DNA of 64,000 bases from positions 12,772,001-12,836,000 of the forward strand of contig CM060733.1 in the NCBI GenBank assembly GCA_030704615.1. Reading direction: 5' to 3'. The translations under genes and the position numbers were made by a program. The notes under the pieces are model-generated. The model was not told the origin of the DNA and made no database searches. It saw nothing but the letters and a program-made list of their open reading frames with translations. This DNA comes from Takakia lepidozioides (taxonomy: Eukaryota; Plantae; Bryophyta). The stretch's first letter is position 1, and each line of letters starts with the position of its first letter. Positions 10,720-22,799 of the stretch are shown piece after piece.

Positions 10720-13700
10720 TTGTTCTTGTCTTTTTTGTACTTTCTATAATATACATGTATATTAATATATTACAAATACACATCAACCAACTCTATAATA
10801 GATAGATGTTTGTAAAAAATAAGAAGACGTATCTTGCCAAAGCAAACGTAACTTAGGATATCACTTGTATCCTTGAATGACCACCTACATGTTAAAACTT
10901 TGAATCCAATATCGTATTTTCTTGGATATTGTTTGCTGAAGTCATCACTAGGAGCTGTATGAAGCACATGCCCTAACACATTTTGTGGTACATTCACTGT
11001 AAGAAGAAAAAATCATTGCCTTGGTGGTAATGTGATATGTGACTACTTTACGGCAGGTGGGTTCGTATTCAAACCTCGTACTGTATCACCAAGACACTGA
11101 CGTTTTCTTCTTATAATTATTTTTCTATACCACCAAGATAAAGAATTTTTTATATCGTACACATCAAAGTCATGGAGGAAGATCGAATATAAAGGAACTG
11201 TGCGGATTGAGCAAAAATAAATGAAAATGTATGTTTATCATCTTTTGGATGAAAACACGCGTATCACAAAGTCTAGGGAAAAAAATTGAACTTGATAGAT
11301 CTGAAAAATAGAAAAATGTACAATTTTTCGAACAGTTGCATAGGGTACCTTCTCGTGCTCGTAACTATTCCCGTTGAAGGTGCCCAATCATATCTCTTAT
11401 TAGACAAGCTCTTTGAGCTCTCGGCTATAAATATATTGCACAATACATCTTAAAAATAGAAAAATGTACAATTTTTCGAACAGTTGCATAGGGTACCTTC
11501 TCGTATTCGTAACTATTCCCGTTGAAGGTGCCCAGTCAGATCTCTTGTTAGACAAGCTCTTTGAGCTCTCAGCTATAAATATATTGCACAATACATCTTA
11601 AAAATAGAAAAATGTACAATTTTTCGAACAGTTGCATAGGGTACCTTCTCGTGTTCGTAACTATTCCCGTTGAAGGTGCCCAGTCAGATCTCTTGTTAGA
11701 CAAGCTCTTTGAGCTCTCGGTTATAAATATACCGCACCGTACTGTACTATGCAAGAACATGCGAGATATTGGATTCTTCTATAGTGGTTCTCTCTGAGAC
11801 TTGTTTAGTGACCTCTCCTTTTTTTATCTTCAGATTTTCACCGGTATTTCTTTTAAGTTGTCATGATAGTAGATAAAATCAAACACTTGTGGACTCCCTA
11901 ACCGCGTACCGCATCAAAGAAGACCAACAAAGGGAGTCCACACATCAAGCAAATTTCGATACATCACTAGTAGACAAAGCAGCTACATAAAACTTTACTA
12001 CACGTTCTCTTAGATGCCCCTTTCGGTAGTGGTGTGTTTAAATCATGTCTACTACATCTTTCTTCTCATGCCTGCTTCTTGCATGTTGGATGTAACTTAG
12101 ATGACAATATGAAGATGTCTAGGAAGATTGTAAGGAGATTGGCAGTTACGCTTTGAAATTGTCAGTCGATCAATTTGTTATGGAAGCTTCTGTAAGGTGC
12201 CTATTATATATTGTAGGGTGCTATCAATAATCACATTTGGTTACTGGTCAATTTCAAAGTAATTGAAGTTCCTTTGTTACTGTTTTCCCTGCCCAATGTC
12301 CAATTTTCCGTCGTTTTGAATCATGTTTTATTTGCAATGCAATATCAACTCTCTATGTAATATCGTTTGCTAGAGTTGTAGGACTAGCGTTGAGCAATCT
12401 GACATCATCTTTAGGCTTTTAATATGATGTAGATGGCAAGCCATCAATTGACATCCAATTCTATGTAATTAGATTGTCTTCATGACTGTTTGAAGCCCCG
12501 AGCATGAAAAGTTGGGCTTAGTCTCATAAACCAATGTGGGCTGGCACCCTATAATTAGCTTTCGATAGCTCAGAGACTCTATTACTTCTTTATTTTATCA
12601 ATTTATTGGTAAAATAAGATAGTACAACATGTTTTAGTGTTTTACGAAAGGGAAAACAAACTAATGTACGTGTGGTTCCACATGGACAATTATTTCAGAT
12701 GCTCATGCGTTTTCAATGTAAATCGCTATAACAATTCTAGACTTCTTTCTGATTTTGTGGCGAGCACATTCAAATTTATACATTATCAATTCATGTATTT
12801 ATTTATATGATAATGCTAATAACACAATCGATATCGATAATGTCGAAGTCTTTATTTCAATTTTTTTTCTTGTCTAGTCTTTGTATAATTAAAAATATAG
12901 ATTAAAAATACACATCAACAAACTCTATAATAGATAGATGTATGTAACGATATGAAGACTCTCGTCAAAGCAAGGGTAACTTATGGTGTTCCGAAAGAAC
13001 ACCATGTTGAACTTCGAAGAGAGGGAGAGAGAGAAGACTCCGCCTCACGGCTCCTGCCCCCTCTTGGGGATGGGCCCTATAAAGAACTTCGAATCCATCA
13101 CATTTTCTTGGATATTGTTTGCTGAAGAATGAAGTCGTCACTAGGAGGACGTAACAACGCCCCAGGAACGCAAATTCCCTAGTATATTTTGTAGTATAAC
13201 AATCGTAAGAAAGAAAATGTTAGTGCCTTGGTGATCTATGATACGTTATTACACCACGACATGTGGATTTTATGTAATTCAAACCTCATCCCATTTCACC
13301 AAAGCACTGACGTTTCTTTCTTTTGATTATTGTACCATACTGCCGAGGTTGTACACATCAAAGACACGGAGGAGGATGGAATAGATGTAACTATCAGCCC
13401 ATTAATAAACACCAGTTCCATGCAGTAATCAGATTGTGCTCTTGATCATGACCGTTTTAACTTTTAAGTCCGAGCATGTAAAGTTGGGCTTAATCTCATT
13501 TACGAGGGTGGGATGGCAGTATAATTGACTTTGAGAGGTCACAACTATTCCGACAGACTCTACTACTACCACTGTATTATCCATATACTGATCTAATAAG
13601 ATAGTAGAGCATGTTTAAGTGTTTAGTAAAGGGAAAACAAAATAAACTATGTATGGTTTGACATGAAGAAATATATTAAATGCTCGTGCATATTCAATAT

Positions 13701-14730
13701 AAATTGTTAGAATACTTCTACAAATGATTTTGTGTGATGGCATATATATGTAGATATTTATAGTAATGCTAATAGCTGATGATAAATTATATGCCAAACT
13801 TTTTTCATTTCATTTTTTTTCCTTGTTCTTGTTCTTGTCGTTTTTGTACTTTCTACAATATAGATCTATTAATAGATTGCAAATACACATCAACCAATCT
13901 ATAAAAGATACATGCTTGTGAGAAATATGAAGACCGATCTTGCCAAAGCAAACGTAACTTATGACATAACTTAATCCCCGAATGACCACCTGCATGTTGA
14001 AACTTTGAATCCAATATCACATTTTATTGGATATTGTTTGCTAAAGTTGTCACTAGGAGTGCAAAGCGCAAAGCAACGGGAAGCCCTAGCACATTTTGTA
14101 GTACATTAATTGTAAGAAGAAAAGGTCATTGCCTTGGTGGTATGATACGTGACTACTATACGGCAAGTGGGTTTATATTCAACCCTCATGCCATATCACC
14201 GAGACAGTGACGTTTTCTTCTTATAATTGTTGTACCATACCACCAAAATAAAAGAAATTTTCATATTGTACACATCAAAGTCGTAGGAAAAAAAATTCGA
14301 ACTTGATAGACTTTAAAAATAGAAAAATCTAGATTGATTAGATAGATAGATCTACAATATATATGTATTAATAAACTGCAATTACACATGATCAACAAAC
14401 TAGATTTGTGTAAAAATAGAAAGATGGCTCTTGTCAAAGTAAACATAACTTATGATGTCACTTTACCTCATTACATTCTATTGGATATTTTTCTCTGAAG
14501 TCGTCACTAAAAGTATGGAGCAACACAAAGCCCTAATATATTTTGTAGTACGAAGATTTTTAAAAATAAAACAAACATTGCTTCGGCGGTATGATATGTG
14601 AAAACTGCACACGAAAGGTTGATTGTATTTAGACTTCATACCATATAACCGAGACACTGACATTTCTTCTAATAATTGTTCTACCATAACACCAAGATAA
14701 AGAACTTTTCAATGTTCATATTGTACACAA
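10720..14730 (+). repeat. Four diverged copies of a ~400-500 bp AT-rich unit, each containing a fold-back
   Basis: Copies at ~10720-11190, 12860-13380, 13810-14290 and 14340-14730. Segment ~12495-12830 is also repeated at ~13470-13790. Confidence 0.75.
11304..11731. repeat. Tandem repeat, 3 x 148 bp
   Basis: The core TGTACAATTTTTCGAACAG starts at 11317, 11465 and 11613. Confidence 0.9.
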
Positions 14731-16000
14731 CAAAATCTGAAATGTCTTTTAGGCATATAGTATGCTTTGTAGCTGTAGGTTGAGAATTTCATAAGAGTCT
14801 AGATTGCCCTATCCCTGTATATATTGCCCTATCATATATTGCTCTACAAAAAAAAAATGTATATAATTTTATTTTTGTATAAAATTATATATCAAAATAA
14901 TATATATGCATATGTATATATATAACATATGAATCTCATATGTATCAAGTAGAACTTATGTCATATTCTGCTATCCTTATTGTGCTATTTTTGTGGACCA
15001 ACACCCTGATAGCAAGAATTTAATGTTCAATGCAGCATAACCTCGAAATGAACCCCCATTTCCTCACTAAAGTTCGTGCTTAATAAGGACAAAGTTATCT
15101 CAACTCTATGTGTGAAGCACATTCAAAGTGCCTGGAAGGAGTTTTCAAGGGATCCTGATACATGGCATAATCAAAAGAAGGATGTAAAGTTTCAAAAACT
15201 TAGCACCATATTCTGTGACTTAGCAAAAGTCATAGAATACAAAGTCACTTCCCAACTGGTTTAGGTTAGAAAAGAGTAGTAATTCATTGTGAGAGGGTGT
15301 CCTTCACTTGTACATGTAGCCTGCTGGTTCCAGAGCCTTCATCTCCCTTCCCTTAGTACCCTGAAGCCTTTAATCTACAATGCTAAAAAATCCATGAAAG
15401 GTGAAGGACCCTTACTATGTGTCCGTCCCAAAAACACAGCCATTCAACAAACCGCAGGTTAGTGAAGATGCGCGAGGTAAGTAGTAGGTCTTCACATTTG
15501 CTATCGCTTTCCAACATGCATTCCTAATCAAGGCAAGTCAAAAGGAAATTAGGGGCAAGGGTATTACTCATGGAGACAACCACCTTGAGAACTTGAGGAA
15601 GATTTGCCTGTGTCGACATTGCAACTGACAGGTAATGCAACAGTTCGCAGCTGAAAACAGATATGTTGTGGTGCATAGAACATCTTTCTGATATAGGAGT
15701 CATTGTGGCTCTATACCAAGCTCGCGTGTGGTAGCATTTCATAAACGCAAAGCTGCAATTAAATGGAACGTGGACGCAATGGTTCACGAGCTATGAATTC
15801 AGCAGTTTTAGGAATCTGAACTCCTAACATGAATTAACTCTAGGCCGCCACCTTTCAGAATCACATATCACAATAGTCCTACTTAGGGATTTAGAACGAA
15901 TGAATTCATTCCTTGTACCCTTCATTCTAGAGACTTCTAGAAACATAGGGTTCCCTAATGAAAAAATAGGTTGCAAGTAATTTTAGTTTAGCCTAATCCC

Positions 16001-16002
<2 letters not shown>

Positions 16003-16086
<84 letters not shown>
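16003..16086. repeat. (GA)42 microsatellite
   Basis: Read directly from the sequence. Confidence 0.98.
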
Positions 16087-16088
<2 letters not shown>

Positions 16089-18640
16089 CGGGGGAAAAAA
16101 TAAATAAAAATGCTTGTCTTTGTCATGACAAGAAAGGATCAATAATAGTACATGGCTGGATCAGATTGTTCTTCCCTAGGAAAAACAAGGACAAAACAGC
16201 CTTGGTAACAAGGCACCATCATCCCCTTCCTCAAGATACCATCTGTCATATTTTTTACTTCCATGTGTGCTTTACTGGACCTCAACCTTTACACATGAGT
16301 AAAATGTACGAAACAGCTCTATACAAGTGTTTCCAAAAGCACATATATCCAGGAAAGCATGTAACACATTCCCCATGCCTTGTCATATATGTGAGGTAAA
16401 AAACAACATGTGTTTGGGGGTGGGAGGTGGGAGCCTGGGAAATCCAGATAAGTTGCTCCCAATCCTAACCCCTATTAGTCATGCACCAAGCCAAACTTTC
16501 AAGTGAAGAGAGAGCAACTTCCTATATGTGGAAGAGAGCGCCATGGCTTCTTTATCATGTAGTTCAGTGGCTAAAGTTGTGCAATAAGAGAAGACTGCAC
16601 ATTAATAGTAGACAACATATAGAATTGCAGGAAGATTCACGAGATTGGCGGCCATGTGTTCTGTTCACGACCTTGGGCCTGCTTCCATAAACTCGCCGCC
16701 TAAGCACGATCGTGCTTAGGGTTTACAACCTAATATTTGATAGTATAGCGTATGTAGAGTACCTCATACTGTTGAATCAAAGCAATGGGAATGATCACAT
16801 TGGTACCTAGAACTACATATATGGGCCCAAGCTGATGCGCTTCCCGAGACTTGTCTTGAGATGATGATGACTGGGGAATAAAGCCTCAATACCTCATTGA
16901 GTATCATATCCACCTACCATAAATGCGATTGTAAATTGCCCAATTCATGTGTCTTATGATTGAGCAAAAGCCTTGTACAAAATTGTGCAAGCTTACAAGC
17001 ATCAAGGCTTTTGAACATTGTTATTTGAACGTTTGCACCATGTGGATTATAAAAAGAGTCTAGGCGCTTCAGCACTCATGTAATAGGGAAGTCGCTCATT
17101 TTCTTGTGCCTCTCATTTTTGAATAATTGGGAGTTTATGTCGCGCGTGTGGGACAGGGCGCACGGACGCGGGGTCACCCTCCCCCGCCCCGTCCACCCCC
17201 ACCTGCCAGCCGCCCGCGGCCCTGCCCGCACGCCGCCTAGCCCGCCCCCGGACCGCGGCCCCCGCCCGCCCGCCCTCGCCACTGGGTCCGCCCGCCATCG
17301 GGTCCCCAGTGGGTCTGCCCAGGATGGGGTCTGCCCAAGATCGGTCTGCCCGCTGCTGGCGCATGTCGTCCGGCAGACCACCCCAGACCGGCCCAGCACA
17401 GCTAGACCTACGTGGCGCGCATCTGCCCCTCCAGATCCGGTTTTATCCAGACCGTCCGGATTTAGGGCATGCCATGGCACTCGCCGATCTCCTCAGACCC
17501 CATTTTTTTTTTTTTTTTTTCTCTGTTGCCGGTGTTGCTTGCTGTTGTTTGTTGTTTGACTGTTTAGAACCAATAGACTTGCCGGTTGTGAAGAATCCCT
17601 TTGCATGACTCCATGGACTCTCTGGCCACGTCGGAGTGCATCGTTTCAAGCCACAACCTCTTTTGTTCATATGCTTCTACTATTTTTGCTTTGTTGTTCG
17701 CCTATTCGTGGGACTGTTTGAGCGCGGGGAAGTGAGTTACATTGAGTTTACAGTGCAGACTTGAATGGAAGTATTTAGGTCTTTGCTAATAAGTACGACT
17801 CATTTTAGCGGACAACAATTGAGAATCGGCCTTTCCCTTGTCACACTGTCTTGTTTGAGGCTTGTCCTCCATATAGCATGTGGTGGAATGGCATTGCAAA
17901 AATAGCGGAAGCATATGCGCATGGCTGGCTGTATAAAATTCCGATTTCCTCCCGAGTTCCGTCTCTTGGATGTTGTTTGCAGGTGGACCCATCGATGCAG
18001 GACGAAATGGGCATGTGTGGTGGAATTTTTTGTGCAACGAACCAGTGGACCTTCCAAGTGTTACCATGATAGTGCAGGGATGCAGAGACCCAGCCGAGGG
18101 ACCATTGAAATGGTGAAACGGGTGGGGACACACTACAGACAGAGGGCAAACCAGATGGGCAGAGCAGGAGAAGAGAAGAGTGCACCATGCCAGTCCAAAC
18201 GAGAAGACCGAACCAACAGACCAGCCTAGAGAACTCTGGTCAGACCGCGACGGCAGACCGAGTGCACACAATGTTTGCCGCACGAATGCGACAGACCAGT
18301 GCCACAGACCCTTTTGGCATACCCTTTTGGCCGACCCTTTTGGCGGAGACTTAGGGCAGACCATGGAAGTCCTTGGCGGCGGCCATTATTGTGCCGCCGG
18401 GACGTTTGATGTTTCGACGGTAGTCCAATGACCAACGTGCATGGCCTCGGCGGTCGCACGTGTGCTCGTTTGTAGCGCCCGCCCGCTCTTCAAAGGCCGC
18501 GTGCCCGTTGTTGCCGAAGTGCAAAGGTATCAACTTACCAGACTTCTTCACCGCCAGACCTTCATTTCCTTTTTTGCTTGCTCTTCTTCATTTGCATTTA
18601 GCATACCGTCTCTGACACAATTCCTCCTTCGGTTGCAGCC

Positions 18641-19150
18641 ATGGAAGAAGCTTGCCCAAAGGGCGGAGCCGATTGGGTGGAATATGTGCATGCCCCTCGC
18701 CACAAAGCCAAGAGAAGGTACTGGTATGAGCCAAGTGAGTACGATGCTAAAATAGCAGAAGCATTTTTGGACTTGCGCGTAGCGAAGGAGAAAGAGAACT
18801 GGCCAAAGGATCGGTTTCAGTGCCCCTTTTGCCCCGATATTGTCAAGGACAAAGAGACTCTAAACTGCCATGCCCTTGATGGAGGATGCAAAGGTATGGT
18901 CCTTGAGAACTTCAAGCCTTGGCCCAAGCCAAGTTCGTCTAAGGCCGCAAAAGAAATCACTGCAAAGTGTAGGGGTGCATATGCCGTCGTTCGGTCTGCT
19001 GAGGAAGTGCGGCAGCTTTATTACACTGAAGCCAGCCTGCTGGGCCCCGGCCTCGTTGTGCCAGTGAAGAAAAGGAAGCTCAGTGATGGAGCTAAGAAAA
19101 ATGTAGACCGTAAAAGTCACTGGCATACCATGGGATATGAGAGTGAGTAG
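18641..19150 (+). CDS. Unknown protein or exon with a C2HC/C2H2-like zinc finger and basic NLS (cargo of Y)
   Basis: FQCPFCPDIVKDKETLNCHALDGGC and VKKRKL; preceded by an intron-like polypyrimidine tract ending in CAG. Confidence 0.45.
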   Translation: MEEACPKGGADWVEYVHAPRHKAKRRYWYEPSEYDAKIAEAFLDLRVAKEKENWPKDRFQCPFCPDIVKDKETLNCHALDGGCKGMVLENFKPWPKPSSSKAAKEITAKCRGAYAVVRSAEEVRQLYYTEASLLGPGLVVPVKKRKLSDGAKKNVDRKSHWHTMGYESE

Positions 19151-20209
19151 CAAAGAATTGCAACCAGGTCGGTCCTAGCAGACCACCACTAGCAGACCAT
19201 AGGCTGCCGTTTCAACTTTGTCGTCTAGTGGGGATGACTCAAGTGAGGAAGACTCTCATGAAGATGCGGATCATGTTCAGGACAAGTCGACGGAGCGGCC
19301 GCGACTACTTGTGAGGCCGTACTTGGTGAACGACCCCATTGGGTATGCCCCGCCGGTACATGACATAACCCTTGACTCATACATCCCCATGGAGGAATCA
19401 CACCCTCAAACAGACCCACAAAGCCCACCACATATCAGACCCAACAAACAGACCAAGAAATAGCCAACCCTAACTGACACTCATGGAGATGTAATGGGCA
19501 CCCCTGTCCGCCCTGGCACATTGTATCTGCTTCCCCACGGTCTTCTGCCAGACCAGTACCCAGATGAATCAGATCCGGATTTTTTCCCTTTTTTGTATGC
19601 TTACGTGAGATCAAGGCAAATATAGCAGACCATTGACACAGCAGAGAAGAAGTGGGTGGAGGCACGATCACACCCAAGGGATGAAGACTACAACGGCCTC
19701 CAGGTACTTGAACCACTCTTTCTATGGTCTACCGTATTTCAGTGTTTCGATTTCCTGGTTGCAATTAGTGATATGCTATGTATGTGCTGCTGTCGGTCTA
19801 CTGTTCTGGGTCTGCTACATGGTACTGCATTACTTGTTCTAGTTGTGGTCTGCTCTATAGGTCCAGAACCGTGTGTCTACTTTCCCCTATTGCAAATCAT
19901 CCTATAGTGTTTTATTATTATTGTTATATATGTAGTCTGCTGCGAACGGTCTACTGTTTTGGGTCTGCTTTTCGCAACATGGTATTGCAATTGATTTGAA
20001 AGGCGCACTACTGTCGTGGCTGTGGTCTGCTACATGGGTCCACGGCTATGTTGTACTACTATGCTCTACTGGTCTACTGATATGGCCTACTGGTGTATGG
20101 TCTACTGGTCTACTATCAGGCCCAATTTTGACTGGTCTACTGGTCTATGGTCTATTGCTCTATGGTGTACTGGTCTAATGTGAAGGCCAATTTTGCTGTT
20201 TGTTTTCAG

Positions 20210-21139
20210 GAGGCGAATGCGCAAGACAACCGAAGGTACAGAGCTTTGCAAATCTAGAAGTACAGGTTGAACGGTCCTCCCTTGGAAAATACACTTGTCC
20301 GGAATGAGGTCCGTGATATTCGTGACTACATCCTGAGTCTGTATCCACAGTCGGCTGATGCCATTGCATCAATTCAGGATGGTACCACTGGCCGCGCAGC
20401 AGGCCTCCCTCCGTCTGCTGTAAAGGCTTTTGAGAGCGTCGGTCAGACTAGCAGACCCGGCTCAGTGGACCTTTCTTCCATGACCCGTCCTCCAGCGGAC
20501 CTTCGTACCTCTTCAGCAGACCCTCAGTAGACCACATTGCGTGGTCGAACTGATTTCCCATTTGGCAGACCATGGCGACCTCCACAGCGGTCTACAACTG
20601 ATGAGGACGACCCCACTCTTCCGAAGTTTTGTTGTGGGGAAAGCAATCGGCATCTGGACTGGTACAATGAGCTTCACCGCATCGTCGCCTCCCGGTGGAC
20701 CTTTGCTCTACAGCCCTCCTCAATGGAGTTCACAGCGGAGGAGGCCACCCGTGTTTTGGACAAAGCCCGTGAGTATGGAGTGGCACTTCTGGCAGAGGAG
20801 ACCGAGCCACCGCTTATCGCGCAACTCTTTCTCATGCACAACCTACGCCCACTGGAGGTAAGCACATGGCCATCGCCCACCCAATATTTGGTGTTCGTCC
20901 GAAGCACTTAGCGAGCTTGATGTCCAGAGAGTGCTTTTGAGGAGATGGCAAATTGTTTCCTCCGCCGTCAATGGATGCAATTTGGCAATTTCAGGTCTTA
21001 CACCAAATTAAAAAAAGACCTACACAACCTGCGGATGGACCTGCTGCACGGAAGCGAAGAGGCTCGGGAAAGTATCACGCAAGACGCCATGATGTGGTTT
21101 GTGATTGTGCAGGAGCATGGCGCAAGGCAGCTTCTATGA
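20210..21139 (+). pseudogene. Decayed ORF of unknown function (cargo of Y)
   Basis: ORFs 20267-20530, 20537-20911 and 20945-21139 share one frame, broken only by TAG/TGA codons, downstream of a TTTTCAG acceptor. Confidence 0.5.
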
Positions 21140-21185
21140 GCCCTTTGTGGCCATACTGGAGTCGAGTCACCCGTTAAGTGCAGGC

Positions 21186-22555
21186 TCATTGGAGTTTGTA
21201 CAACAGTAGACACACAAAACCCAACTCCCATGGAGACCCAGGGGTAAGGTCCACTACCATTCTCTGCTTCTCAGCAGATGTTGCAGTGGGGGGGAAAGGA
21301 ATTGCTCCTCTCATTTTTGGCAACTCGTAAGTGCTAGGGAGGATCGGCGTTGCTTCCTGGGTTATCGCCAGGTCTTCAGAAGGTCTGATGTCCTGCACTG
21401 GCAAGGTCTACTGATGTTGGAATGGTGAGGTGTCGACGACCATACCTGCGTCGCGATGCACTTCTGCGGTGCATTTGTCAAGCAATGTACCAGGCAGGGT
21501 GTCCTCCTGCAAGGTCTGATCTTCTTTCCTCTGCTCCAACAAGGTCTGATCAGGTCTGCACTGGTCGAGAAATGTCTGCTCTGATACGGTCTGGTCTGGT
21601 CTGGTTTGGTATCCTCTGGTCATCTGGGGTATGGTCTGTTGTGCACTCGGATCGTCTGGAGTCCTTCGCTCTGGTCTGGTCTGTTGTGGTCTGGTCTGGT
21701 GTGATATGATCTTCTGTGGTCTGCTCTTGTCTTGTCTGGTGTGGGGTGGTCTGGTCTTGTCTAGTCTTGTCGGGTCTGCAGTGGTGTGCTCTGGCCTGCA
21801 CTGGTCTGCCCAGGTCTGCTTTCCACCGCAGCGGTCTGCTTTGGGAAGGTGATGGGTGCCCGCTGATCTGGAAAGGTCTGCTCATGTCCGGTAATTTTGG
21901 GTAAGGTGTGCAATGCCTCCACGAAAGTTTGTTTTGGCAACGAAAAGTTTTTGTCACCCACATTCTCGGGCTTGGGATCACTGGCAATCCAGTCAGGGGT
22001 CTGCTGTTCCTTGTTCTCCGTAATCTAGTCGGGGGTCTGCTGGTTCGCATGTCGGTATTTGGGAGCTTGCTGGGAAGGGTTTGCTCGCTCCACGGTCTGC
22101 TCGTTGCGGGCCTCGTACTGCATACAACGTCTAGTCCCCCTCAAGACCAAATACGGGACGTCCAGACTCGCGGGCAGCAATAAATGTAGAACCTGCAGGA
22201 AAAAAACATGCAATGGTGATATTATATCGGATAACAGTTAATGATCATGAATCAGCTCAGAAGATTTTAATTACAAAATGGAGACCAATGCAAACCTGTG
22301 CCAGCTGTGAGATCCAAAATGCGGGAGCCAAGAGGTGAGCATCTCCACCAACACTTGCATGAAGGCGGGACTACGGTCTCGCGCACCCCTCCAGGCTTGT
22401 TGAGGATTTTGCATGGGTAGTGCAACATCTGGAATGTGGTTGTAGATGGCATCCAACTCAACAGGGTCTACAAGGGGGTCCACAACTTTGCCAGACTCAC
22501 GCAGTTTGAATAGTCCTCCTTGCTTGGTGAGGACATGGGCGTGGAAGAACATGGT
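21186..22555 (-). pseudogene. 3' exons of the Y methyltransferase-like gene plus a low-complexity QTRPD-rich tail
   Basis: TMFFHAHVLTKQGG...WRGARDRSPAFMQVLVEML..GSRILDLTAGTG|STFIAARESGRPVFGLEGD (motifs X, I, II); same intron positions as in X. Confidence 0.8.
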
Positions 22556-22563
22556 CTGTTAGA

Positions 22564-22616
22564 GGGGGCTGCTATTTCATGAGCGGCATGAGCATGAGCG
22601 GCATGAGCATGAGCGG
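22564..22616 (+). repeat. Left TIR and subterminal repeats of X
   Basis: Inverted match to ~36962-37017. Confidence 0.9.
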
Positions 22617-22799
22617 AAAAAAAAAAAGCATGAGCAGACCATTGTGAGTCCACGGAAATAGGGTTAGGAGGCACGGAAATAGGGTCATGTGAAGTTGGAA
22701 TGTGGCACCAGTGGACTTAAAATGCAACATTTTATTGCAAATTTTGTGGCAAGCCACGTCTATACAAGTGTGTTCTAACTGTCATAGCCGGAATGGGCA

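Noticed and set aside
15000-17070. Host gene exons near the GA microsatellite
   Set aside because: Isolated splice-like signals and short ORFs, but no recognisable protein or consistent exon chain.
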